Part shown: one piece after another, positions 34,205 to 45,673 of the stretch
How positions within the stretch are numbered: position 1 is the stretch's first letter
Layout of the letters: each line of letters starts with the position of its first letter
Source: Nemertoderma westbladi
Taxonomy: Eukaryota > Animalia > Xenacoelomorpha
Length of the DNA stretch: 64,000 bases
Direction: 5' to 3'
Assembly: GCA_032718475.1 (NCBI GenBank)
Contig: JAUCBJ010009140.1
Span: 1-64,000 of the forward strand
Translations under genes and position numbers: made by a program
Notes under the pieces: generated by a model
The model's database searches: none
Told to the model about the DNA's origin: nothing
The model's input: only the letters and a program-made list of their open reading frames with translations

Positions 34205-36777
34205 CTAATTATATTTTACATCAAAAACCCCCACACCAAACAATAATAAATTATTAACCAGCTTGTTGAAAATAGGATAATATATATGAAATTTAAACGG
34301 GGAACACATTAATGTACATTTACCAGTGTAGAAACAGCAAACAACAACAATATTATTTATTCTGACTTTACAGTTATTGAATATTTCAGGGTCTTATGAA
34401 ATTTCTAGTTTAACATTAGGCTCATTCCATGAAAAGGTCAACCTCCCCACTAATTTCTAAAAATGAGATGTAGCTTTGAATTTATACTTATTTTAGGTCA
34501 AAATTTATCGTACTTCATGAATTCAGTGCTAAAAATTGTATCAACACAGGTGGTTTATCAAAAATAGTCGAATTACAAATTATGCACCTGCTCTGCACAA
34601 AATGTGAATAAAAGTGTGCAAAAGTTTCGTTTCCTGTAGGCACTTCCTATGACCAATAAATTAACATTTCTGAGCATGTACCAAATCAAAAACAAACCCA
34701 TTTTCGAATTTTTTTGGTTTTATATAATTTCACCAGTGTTTCGTTCCTCTGTAATGAAATCGATAAAGTTAATCTTGTGATGTCCCATACTTTACCTAAA
34801 ATAGTGAAATTTTTAGTTTATTCACAGAGATGTAACTCAGCCTAATCACCCAGTGGAATGCAAAGCACGTTTGTGTTGCGTCATCGTATAAAACAATTAG
34901 TTTCATCTTCACTCCCTCAGAAATATCATGGCGGCCAATTGAAAATTGTCCCATACTTTACCATCAAAATGGCGATTATATTAGTGCACTGTATTAATGT
35001 AATATGTGAAGCCATGAGTGTTATAATACTCTAAGGTCATAGTCGGCCGTAAGAACAGGAGTCTATATTTGAACTGAGAATCATTCCTCAGCCAAGAAAT
35101 CCTTGGGTTTATGCATGTAAAGTCCCATACTTTACCAAAAAATAGTGACATTTTTAATTTATACACAGAGAAGTAGTCTAACTCAGCAAAATCACCCAGT
35201 GGAATGCAAAGCACGTTTGTGTTGCGTCATCTTAAGAAACAATTACCTGTAGTTTCATAATCTACTCCCTCAGAAACATCATAACGGCCAATTGAAAATT
35301 GTCCCATACTTTACCATTATAATGGCGATTACATTAGTGCACTGTATTAATGTAATATATGAAACCTGGAGGGCAGGAGTGTTATAATGCTTTAGGGTGA
35401 TAGTAGGGGGAAGCATACAGTAGAAGTATGTATTTGAACTAAGAATCATTCCTCAATTAACTAATCTTTGAGTTTATGCATGTAAAGTCCCGTACTTTAC
35501 AACAAATTTCAAAGAATTTAGTTTTATAGCAGATAAGAAGATCGGTAAGTACAGTAATTGATACATTTTCAGAAAAATGGAAAGAAATTATAAACCTTTT
35601 ACAGACTACATACCAAGTTTGGTTATATTTCATCAATGATTGGCGGACTTATTTCGGTTTTTATCAAAATTTTGAAACTATCGGTACCAACAGACAGACT
35701 GTCTGATATGTGACCTTTGATTCCTTAAACTTCAGATTCTTTCCAAACTTTTGACAGACTTCATACGTACCAGGTTTGGTTTAATTTCATCTAAAAATGA
35801 CCGAGATATACAGTATTAGCGATCAAAAATTAGACAGATGACATACAACTCCTAAGGGCAACCATATGCTAAGACTTCGGGTCAATTTGTGGGTCGCCCC
35901 ACATTTTGTATCCATATCTTGGTTGGAAATACTTAGTTGCACTTTATTATCACTAATTATCCAGAAATTACTGTTAGGTTAAGTGTAAGAGACCATTTTG
36001 ACCATAAAATTCGTACAGGTCCCGTACTTTACTTAGCAATGTCCCATACTTTACCACACAAACCACACTGTAAAAAATTAGCAATGCAGCAATTCGTCTT
36101 ATATTTATATTTTTATTTAAGCTTAATAATACAGCTTTATCCTAAACATCAACTCAACACCGTCCCTGCACACAATTCGCTAAATTTTAGAATTGAAATC
36201 ATAAATTAAAAAATACCATTTCGTACGAATCCGTACTTTACCTTAATTGGACAAGCTGGCGTTTTCTCAAAAGTGACTAAGTCCCGCCATAAGCTTCGCG
36301 AAATCAAAGCTGATATTCGAAAGTTTAATCCAAGCACAATTTTGAGCACATATGTGCTGTGGATAACATTGTACAGGCAATCAAAGTTCAAAATTGTGTA
36401 CGAATGTCCCGTACTTTACTTTGGAATGAGCCATTATCAAATATAACATAAAACCCGATATTATTTATAAGTAACCTATAAATTACAGTATCGATACTAA
36501 AAATATAAGTACACAAATTGATTGATTTAAAAATCAAATTAATGTTTGTTTTTTCTAATATATGTTTTTTCACTTTATTAAAATTATATTTTCTACCGAG
36601 AATTGTTATTCGTCCGTTTGTAAACATTAATATGGTTGCACCAAATACCTTATATATAAACTGATTAGGTTTGAGTACAATTTTACCATTCAATTGCTTT
36701 TTTAATTCTTTCAAATTAAGTCCATAAATAATCTGCTTACAACTTATATTTTTATTTACTATTTGATAATTCATCAT
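34205..36777 (-). pseudogene. Divergent TATA-binding protein (TBP)-like gene split by a TIR element
   Basis: Repeat 1: YQIVN..LNLKEL..ATILMFTNGRITILG. After removing 34419-36432 and one TSD the frame continues ..FDN|VKLEIS*DPEIFNN..VVCCFYTGKCTL..YN* (repeat 2); about 183 codons with one TAA at 34394-34396. Confidence 0.75.
34419..36432. mobile_element. Non-autonomous TIR DNA transposon (4-bp TSD; possibly Sola-like)
   Basis: TIR GGCTCATTCCA...TGGAATGAGCC, TSD ATTA at 34415-34418 and 36433-36436, ~9 internal GTCCC(A/G)TACTTTAC motifs, no transposase. Confidence 0.88.
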
Positions 36778-39700
36778 CAACACTGTCGTCTTTTGGTTCT
36801 TCATAAATTGGTATATTTGATATTTTTATAGGTTTTTTGAGGTTTGTTTTATAGTGCCCCCAAGGAAGCGATTGATTTTTATTAAGCCAATAAAGTTTAT
36901 CATCAAAGCTACTGAGTGCAAATTTATTTTGCTTTAAGGTATAAATACGATGTAATTTAGATTGAAATCTGTGTATGTTTTTTTTTATTTCTTCATTTGA
37001 GTTATATGCTTTTAAATATTCTTCATGTGTAATATTCGTTTCCACAACAGCTCTTGTAATACCTTTTGCTCTACGAATATTTTTATTATTCCATTCCAAA
37101 ATTGAATATAATTTTGGTCTTAAAAATACTGCTTGTTTAATTTCACGTGAGGCTAGTTCGTCTTTACAGTAATAGAGTCTGGATTTATTTTTATCGCTGT
37201 AGAGCGGGTGATCCTTAGGGTAATTGGATGTATCTAAAATATTATTTTTAATTAATGCTTTTAAAAAATTATTCTGCGATGTATTATAGTAACAACCTAT
37301 CAATGAGTCAGTGTCTGATGCAGCAATTTCAATACGACAGTTTAATTCTTTCTCAATAGGTAGCAATTTATTGTAATACAGATCATACATATCCAATTTA
37401 GCCAAGTCCAACACAGCGCTACCAATAAATATAGGCTTATCGAGAGTTACAGAGTCTTTCACTAATAAATGTCCCGATAGTGTATTATTCTATATTATAA
37501 ATTGTTCATGATTAATACGATTTACCAATTGATCGCATTTATCGTTGCTATTTGCGATACGAAAGTTACATCGGTCACGTATCCTCTCTATTGATTTGCC
37601 AAACAGCGAATTATTGAGCAATTTCGCGACAGCTGTTTCAATATAACTTTTTGCCAGTCGCCTTTGATTAATATTAAAATCGATGTAATTTTTAAATACA
37701 AATTCTTGTTGAAAAGAATATAATTTATGTAGTTTAGTAACAATTAATCCATGTTTTATATAAAATTTTAACAGTTTCAAATGTAAATGATAAAACTCTT
37801 TATCAAATTGTGTCAGCATGAGTTTTGGTATAGACATTCTATATTTACGGGAGGTATCTCTTTGTATCGACAAGTTATTAAATTGTTCCCGCATATAAGG
37901 TGAAAGCATTGATTCATTTATACTTAAATGCTCGGGGGCTAACGGTAATTGTAATGTTTGATCATGAATAGCCTTGGGATAATTTAAATCACATATTAAA
38001 AAATATCCAGTAGATCCCTCAATGTCTAAATCTACCAAGTACTCGATTAGTTTTTCTGGTATTGCATTCTCTAAATGTTTAATACTTACTTCTTTGAATT
38101 GTGAGGTGGGTAGTTTTTTACTTAAATTCCCAGAATATAAAGAGTTGAAATCAATATTAAAAATATGGCATTCTTCCTTAGTAGAATCATATGTACTTGT
38201 ACCTGGTATATTTGATTCTATGTAATGTTTTTGACAAAATGAAACACCACCCCTAATTGATTTTTCAAAATCTCTATATGTCTGATAATCCTTTATTATT
38301 TCTATTTTACATTTATTATATTTTAGCGCGCAATCATAGGTAAATGACGCGATACTGCAGTAAAAAACCGCTTCTAAATCGTAATTTTGTTTACAAACAT
38401 TCCTAAAATTCTCAAATATATCGGCAAGCAAACAAACATCGAGTTTTAAATAGGCTAAAAGATAATCTTTGAGATTCACACAGTCGAATTCTACCCATGA
38501 TATTCCCGCAAACCTATAATCTTCAATTGTGCATGTTTTTTGACTTAAGTTACTAAAAAAATTATTTATAGACGGTAAACCAGTATCATTAAATTTATTT
38601 ATATCTGTCAAGTACTCGTATGGAAATACTCCTTTCCGTTTAATCGTTGAGTTATTCAAGTTTGGATAAAAATATTTCATTTCTTGTAGAGTAATAGGTA
38701 AAATTGAGCTTATATCATGACTGGCTACATCCTTTGTTGAACACTCAACTAAATTACTTAAAGAAAAGCTTAAAAATTGATATGTGTCTAAGAAACGTAA
38801 CTCAATTTTCTTAGAAGTGTTTTTAATTGGGATAAAGGCACTCAGTGAAATATATCGTTCTGTATTTCTCGGTATAACCTTTATATCCCAATCAGTGTAT
38901 TTCTTATCTCTAAATCCGCTTTGTAATATACAATGTATATCATAGTTGTTGGAATTGTGTCCGCAAAGTACATACAGGTATCGCTTCAATGATAAACTTC
39001 AGTTACAACTATTACAGGCTGCCGCAATATATTTACCTGTAATATGTGAATGGTGTCTGTTTTTCCCAACATTATTATTTAAAGTAACATTACAATAAAA
39101 ACAAAATTTTGCTTGTTCAAAATTTACAAAATCAATATTAGTAAATGACATGGTTTTATGAGTGTATATGTCTGTCCAACAACATAATTCAGTTAAATCA
39201 AAATATAATGAATCTAAGAAATCTTGAATACAATTATTATTATTTGTCTTTACAAATGTTTTCAAATGACATTTTGGAGCATCAATTAATTCAGTATTGG
39301 GAACAAATAAATAACTCACAGCACACGGTATATGCTCCTGTATAATTTGATTATTAACTGACGGTTGTAAGATACATTCTATATCAAAGTAGGTGACAAA
39401 CAATGGGGATAAGGTTCTATCTAAATTTGTAAAACTAATGTGTGTTCTTTTTTTATTAGGTAGTTTCTCACACTGACTTCTTCCTTGGTAGCATGCAAGA
39501 CGGTGTTGATGAAGAACTTCCGCTCGAAAAAAATGAGCCAAACACCTTTCGCAATATTTCCTATTTTGGATATGAAGAGCTTTCGTATTCAGCAATCGAT
39601 TCAAGTTAGTTATGCAAACATAATGATTCTGTTTAGGTACATTGTTATTTTTTACTACAAGTAATATATTTAATAACTGTTTATCAGGTGTAATTTTACT

Positions 39701-40810
39701 AAACGGAGGTTGTCTTAATATAGATACGGGGGTGCATTTGTTGTCGTTATTCCAACATAATAAATTAATTATATATTTTGAATTTTGTTTTTCAAAAAGT
39801 TTAATAGCTAACTGCCACTGCGTTGGATAATCTTTGTTCCCATTGTCAAAAATGAAATGACTCATATAATTTTTGTACGATGAAGTACGATATTTGTGAT
39901 CTTTCACTTTGCTACTAAATTTTGCGGATATAATTGCCCATTTAAAACAGTTATTATCAGCCGATTGTACATTTATAACACATCGTTTACCTGATAGAGC
40001 TTTAGGTAATTCCATATACCCATGCCCCTTATATAGTAACGACCTACACTTAGATTCAGCTAATTTAATTTCAACCCTTAATAAAGATTTAATACGCCAC
40101 CCCGAACCACGTGTGTTAAAGATGGCTATTTTTTGTAATATATTTTCCAGAACATACTCAAACCATGTGTCAAAACTTTGCGGCGAATCTACAGTATTAA
40201 TAGCACCACCGGAAGAATTAAAATAAAAGGTTTCCAATTGCTCACCTTCTGAAAAATGTGATCTGTACATTAATACATTTAGACCTAACCACAGTCTAAG
40301 AACATTCATTTCTTTCAATCTGTCTAATATTAACTGAAGAATATTACCTCGAATTTGTGTTACTGCTGTTTCTACATCGGGATAATCTCTAGAAGTTGGG
40401 AGGTCGTGGACATAAATTTCAAGACGATTATCGTGAGCTTCTTGTTCCCGCGTAAAAATTGTTGCGCATGTGCCAAGAGCCACCCTTAAGTTTTTTTTGG
40501 ATATTATATTTTTACGTTGCGGAAATGTACGCTTTCTTGTGTAGTAACATTTCAAGTGACAATCGTGTCGTAGATAATCGTCATATGTATACTCTTTATT
40601 ACAGGTAGAACAAGTCAATTGATAGGTGCGGAACTGCATTTCTTTACAACCAGTAGTCGTTTCATGTCGTTTACAAATTTCGCTGCATGAAGTCACGACA
40701 TGACACTTTAAACAAGAATAACTTTCAAAATGTGACCGTAGGTGGCGTAAATAATTATGTCTAGTTACATTCATATGACAGAATGAACAACATATTGTTA
40801 TTTTATCCAT
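36752..40810 (-). pseudogene. Protein-primed family B DNA polymerase (pPolB) with two in-frame stops
   Basis: Three ORFs in one frame separated by TGA (38999-39001) and TAG (37490-37492); motifs YFDIEC, HNSNNYD, FLDTY, KGVFPY, IRGG, DFNSLY, KLLNNSLFGK, SDTDS, PKLY, AKGI; OTU-like DNNCFKWAI/NHY and EndoVII-like C..C..HHSHITG...ACNSCN. Confidence 0.95.
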
Positions 40811-40993
40811 GTTGAAGTTTGTTTAGATAAATAATAATAATAATAAAATATCTCCAAAAATTAAAATAAAATGAAATGAAATGTTATTGACTACATCTAA
40901 ACATTTATATGCTAGCGAGGGAAATAATTTTAAACCAATCACCAAACACATATGACTATTGGAAACCGCAAAGAGTTTAACTTATGATTAGGC

Positions 40994-42058
40994 TTACATG
41001 TTAGGATAATAATCTGGTTTCCATGGAGAATTAGTAACAGGCTCTACTAGAACTGGGTTACTGACGACTTTCTGTTTCTTTGCAGGTGATGTGTTGGTAA
41101 ATTTACTCGATGATCTTGGCTTCCGAGGTAATATTTCAGGAAAGACCTGTTGCGGTTGAGTGCAACTCTCTTCAACATCCGGATTAGGTGATGGGATCTC
41201 TACGAACGCTTTAGGTTTATCCAAAAGGACAAAACCGTCAACATGGGCTTCAGTAAGAGAAACGCCATCCAGCGATTCTTTGAGAAAACTAATATGGGCT
41301 TTATCATTCAAGTAATGCAACTCGATAGAATTTCCGCCAGCCCCTACTTCAGTAGAATTATCGGTGTTGGTGATAATAATTTTTTTATTATTGGTTTTAA
41401 TCATTTTGAGACGGTCTGATAATTGAATGATATTTTTATCAAAAAGATGCTTGTCTGTTTCATCGACTTGGTTGTCCCACTCTCGCAACAAAACGGTTAG
41501 TTCCTGTTTTGACAAATTGAAACCCGTATAATAGTTAAAACCAACACTATCAACGTATCTGAGGCTGATTTTCCATAAGCCAACATAGTTGGTTCCTTTA
41601 AAAGCTGTTACAAATCCAATAAACTCTGGATTTGATAATTCAATGTAGAATTGATCGCTAATAATCTCTAGCGGTGGAGAGAGAAATTGCAATAATTTCC
41701 CTCTGTATTGAATTAGAACTTCAGTAAAAGCTTTGTTGAGAACTTTACATTTGCCTTGTTTCTGAACGTAAACATCACCCGATGTGGGGTTGATGGAAAT
41801 ATTCAAATTTCCCCGCGCAAAACGAAGAGTGGGATATATCCTACCTGGTATAATTGCTGGCCTGGATTGATGTTGGTTGTTGTTGGTTGTTTCTAGAATG
41901 TCTAACAAATAGCGGGTATCTTGATGGGAAAAACAAATTGATTCGTTGTCCTCCTGAGATTCCACAATAAAATACTTGCTGTGAACGACGGTACAAGTAT
42001 ATTTATTGTAAGTAAATTTCCAGCTATTTGCTGCTCCGGTTTTTTGCGTTAAGGCCAT
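40994..42058 (-). CDS. Polinton 354-aa protein with a probable PC4-like ssDNA-binding domain
   Basis: FVTAFKGTNYVGLWK...TGFNLSKQELTVL resembles the PC4 pattern V..FKG...IDIR...GISL..EQW..L; NLS-like PAKKQK near the C-terminus. Confidence 0.55.
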   Translation of the reverse strand: MALTQKTGAANSWKFTYNKYTCTVVHSKYFIVESQEDNESICFSHQDTRYLLDILETTNNNQHQSRPAIIPGRIYPTLRFARGNLNISINPTSGDVYVQKQGKCKVLNKAFTEVLIQYRGKLLQFLSPPLEIISDQFYIELSNPEFIGFVTAFKGTNYVGLWKISLRYVDSVGFNYYTGFNLSKQELTVLLREWDNQVDETDKHLFDKNIIQLSDRLKMIKTNNKKIIITNTDNSTEVGAGGNSIELHYLNDKAHISFLKESLDGVSLTEAHVDGFVLLDKPKAFVEIPSPNPDVEESCTQPQQVFPEILPRKPRSSSKFTNTSPAKKQKVVSNPVLVEPVTNSPWKPDYYPNM

Positions 42059-42122
42059 AATAATAATAATAAATACGAAAAATATTACAAGTGATAAATT
42101 TTAAACCGTATCGCTGTAATAA

Positions 42123-42408
42123 ATTGACACCATAGTTCTCACTCTAAAATTGTGTTTGGTCGGAAGACAACGCCTGATAAAAATGATGCTGAGTTCGACA
42201 TTAGGTATCGACTCAAAAACAAAAATTGAGTGAGACACATAGCTCAGATTTTCGTTTTTAGGTCGATACCCAATGCTGGAATCAGTATCATTTTATGCGG
42301 TGTCGTTTTCCGACCAACGAATATACAACGAGTAAGATAATGTATAAATTATTAAGGAAAAAAACACAATGTCAGAGTGAGAACAAAAAAATTAGATATG
42401 GTATCAAT
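42123..42408. repeat. Long imperfect palindrome (foldback)
   Basis: 42156-42230 pairs with 42243-42317 (~75-bp arms); outer arms GTTCTCACTCT/AGAGTGAGAAC and ATTGACACCATA/TATGGTATCAAT. Confidence 0.85.
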
Positions 42409-42759
42409 ATTACCATGAAGAAGATTACAAGTGATGAATTTTATTAAAAACATTCACTTATATATATAAAAATTTGCGATGTGGCATAGTCAACGAAGAA
42501 GAGATGGTACGTGTCATAATCATCAACGAATAAGAAAAGAGATGGGGAGCAACGTGGATGAATAGCTGGCTGGTTGATTGCGTGGATAGGAAATATGTGA
42601 AAGAATATGAATCATAGGGTTGTGTGTGTGCGTGTGTGTAATAATCAATAATTATTATAATAAAAAACGCACAGTATAATGTTAGCGGTGGAAGCCTTTC
42701 AATATGGCACAGATGCTGCGGGATCGGTTAGCTTGAGTAACTACTATGGAAATGTTGTT

Positions 42760-43110
42760 CGTATACGTGTAGCTGGAACGTGGCGGAATTTCAACACGTA
42801 TCATAATAGCGTTGGACTACTGGTAGGCAGGCGGCTTGGTTGGTTGGATTGATTGGTTTGGCGACGGCCGTCGAGGAGTAGCCGTGCGTGGCTAGCGGTG
42901 GTGGTGGTGAGTTGGCAATCGATATATAATATAATAGCATAGTGGGGGCTAGCCATGCGTTGAGAAGTTAGGTTACGCGAAGATGAATATGCGATGGTTG
43001 GTTGATGCAACGACACGAATCAATACTCACGGGTGGTAACAGTTGTCGAGTAAGGCAGGCATCGCGAGGTTAGGCTACGCGTAGGTGATAAGCAACGATT
43101 GGTTGAAGGC
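42760..43110 (-). repeat. Polinton right TIR remnant (diverged, terminus missing)
   Basis: Reverse complement matches 16480-16830 in blocks; no terminal ACTACTACT found. Confidence 0.75.
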
Positions 43111-43430
43111 AACAATACTGTTGGTGACAGATGGTCATTAAACATCGCGATTTAGCACCTTTTTAATAGCCCTCCGAGATGCAGCCCGTAGCCCAAGCTA
43201 GGGAGGAGTTCGCTCAGAACTATGTTTCTCCTACTACTTACATCAGCTAATGTCATTGACGTATTTGAAAATTATTCTAACCTTAACGAGCCGGGAGATT
43301 TCAATGTGGATGACTTTTTTAGTGCATCCATCGAGCCACCATCGGTTACAATCATCCCTGCTGAAAATTTGGTCCCTCTGGCCTCTGAACATGTGGATGT
43401 TATTAACGTATCGATTGTTACATTGTTACG

Positions 43431-43790
43431 ATGTTATCGGATGTTATTAACGTATTCGATTATTACATATCGATTGGCAGTGATAATGATAACACTATTG
43501 GCGATTGTAGTGATAATTCCTTGGGTGTTCTTTTAGACAACGCTTATTCCAAGCTCACACGACAAAGTTCTTATTACACTTGTTTTGAAGTTCCTCGGAG
43601 TAGGGTTGTAGAAAGCGTTTCTGAGATTCTAGATGAAATCGATATTGAAATTGCTAGCCCTAGGGTGATGGCTAAGTTCCTTGAGGAAGATGGACTTGAC
43701 ACTGGTGGTTTGACACGCGAGTTATTTACAATGTTTTTTAAGGATCAAGGAGGTTTTTTATTGCAATCTTCTCCGTACTGTTGTGGATGA
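43431..43790 (+). pseudogene. HECT-domain-like fragment
   Basis: KFLEEDGLDTGGLTRELF matches the HECT N-lobe motif F.GE.G.D.GG..RE.F; truncated shortly after. Confidence 0.55.
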
Positions 43791-44084
43791 TTGTCCATGT
43801 AAAAACTGTGCAATTTCTTTATGGTTATAATTCAACCAGAATAAACGTTCAATCATTTGTTCGTGTTCATTATCCATAATGCACCATCTTAATTAGTTAT
43901 CTAATTAATTATAATTATAAATTACAATAGAAGCAAGTAATAAATTTAATATATAACGGAAAGTATCTTGCGTACACCTGGAATAATAGTAAAATCTTAT
44001 AAACAACTTACTGGTGTACTGTACTTTTATCAATGTTCATTAATGTTTGTGTCCTGGCCGCTATACAAACTAGTATATAAGAAA

Positions 44085-44229
44085 TTACGGGGTTTTGCCA
44101 GGTTGTTGTTTCTGATTTACGGGGTTTTGCAAGGTTGTTATTTCTGATTTACGGGGTTTTGCCAGGTTGTTGTTTCTGATTTACGGGGTTTTGCAAGGTT
44201 GTTATTTCTGATTTAAGGGGTTTTGCAGG
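44085..44229. repeat. 32-bp tandem repeat, ~4.5 copies
   Basis: TTACGGGGTTTTGC(C/A)AGGTTGTT(G/A)TTTCTGAT. Confidence 0.9.
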
Positions 44230-44857
44230 TGGACTGAATTTCATGTAGTTGAATTTACGGTGTTTTGTAAGCCAATATTGACTTGTGGGATTCTGCCTCG
44301 AAGTGGGCATAAGTTACGGGGAACTGTCATTGGCTAATAACTCAAAAATGGCTGGTAGAAAAGTTACGGGGTTCTGCCAGACGAAAAATACGATATTGAA
44401 TTACCTAAAAAGTTGAAAACATGAAAATCGAAAAAAATCGACTTGGGGTTCTGCCTTGAAGGTGACAAGATTATATCTTAGATAGACGGTTTTGGCATAC
44501 AAATGTCTATGAAAACATAAAAGCAAATACGCCCTATCTCACATTGCACTATGCAGATCGAAGTTTCAGTTAAAAATATGCTGTTCAAATAATGTCTATA
44601 ACTATAACTTACCTAATGACATCATTTCACAGGATTTCCACCAATCAGGAATCAAATGACATGTCTGGAATGTATTTTGCGTTTTTCTCAAAACTAAAAA
44701 CTATGTAAAACTAAAAATGAGATAGGCGGTTTTGGTATTTAAGGGCCGAGTCGTAGGCCTACTGGAGTTATTCTTCAACCTTATACAATATTGCACCAGT
44801 CGTACTGGAGTTATTCTTCAACCTTATATGTACGATATTGAACCAGTCTTACTGGAG

Positions 44858-45256
44858 CAGAGACGTAGCGAGCCCTTCTGGCGCCCGGGGGAATGAAGCT
44901 GAGATAGCCCCCCCCCCCCCCCCTCCCCCTTCAATAATTTCAACTTTTCATTTATGACGGTTTTTTAAATATTATATAATAGTATATAATATTAAAAAAA
45001 ACGTCTTAAAAACAGTTTACTAACAGTATACAGTATAACTATATCAAATCTATTATACTGCACACAAGTTTGAGACAATTTTTACATTTTTCTCTTATGA
45101 CACATGTCCTGTATATACTATCACAATCCCTGACTTTTCACTGATTTGTCTTATTTTTACAAGAATACCCTGGCATATGACATTTCAGTGCCCCTGGGTG
45201 AGTGCGCCCGGGGGAACATTCCCCCCCCCCCCCCCTCCCCCCTCGCTACGTCTCTG
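44858..45256. mobile_element. hAT-type MITE (399 bp)
   Basis: 15-bp TIR CAGAGACGTAGCGAG/CTCGCTACGTCTCTG; 8-bp TSD TACTGGAG at 44850-44857 and 45257-45264. Confidence 0.93.
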
Positions 45257-45673
45257 TACTGGAGTTATTCTTCACCCTCAGAGATTTGTTGGTACCACTA
45301 GAATGCTGGTCATGCAAGGATTCCAAATATGTAACACAATCTGAATTTCATCGTAAAATAGTGGAGATATGGGCAGGGCATTCGAAAGTTGCGTAGGCCT
45401 ATTTGCTTCCGCTGTATGCCATTTATTTTATTTAATAAAATGCACAAAATTGTGAAACATTTTCTTTATCTCTTAAGCAGCTGAGCAACAATGCAGTGCC
45501 TATATGCTTATACTTACTACATGTACATGGATATTCATACATAAGCAAAATGTTCTAGAACATTGTGTTGTGTACTTATTAAATATAATAAATGGCCTGC
45601 AGCAGAAGCAAATACATTCAACATTAGAATGCCCATATCTCAGCTATATTAAGACGAAATTCAGATTGTGTTA

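Larger units (their letters stand above)
16172..43110. mobile_element. Polinton/Maverick (adintovirus-like), ~18.6 kb native plus two nested insertions
   Basis: AGTAGTAGT left terminus; imperfect inverted similarity between ~16480-16830 and ~42760-43110; full core gene set (pPolB, INT, ATPase, PRO, MCP, mCP). Right boundary is approximate. Confidence 0.95.

Noticed and set aside
36752-40810. Stop-codon readthrough or alternative genetic code in pPolB
   Set aside because: The interrupting stops differ (TGA, TAG, and TAA in the TBP-like gene) and other genes end normally; simple nonsense mutations are more likely
43094-43099. AACGAT matching the left Polinton flank as a possible TSD
   Set aside because: Not preceded by the ACTACT terminus and lies inside TIR-like sequence; probably chance
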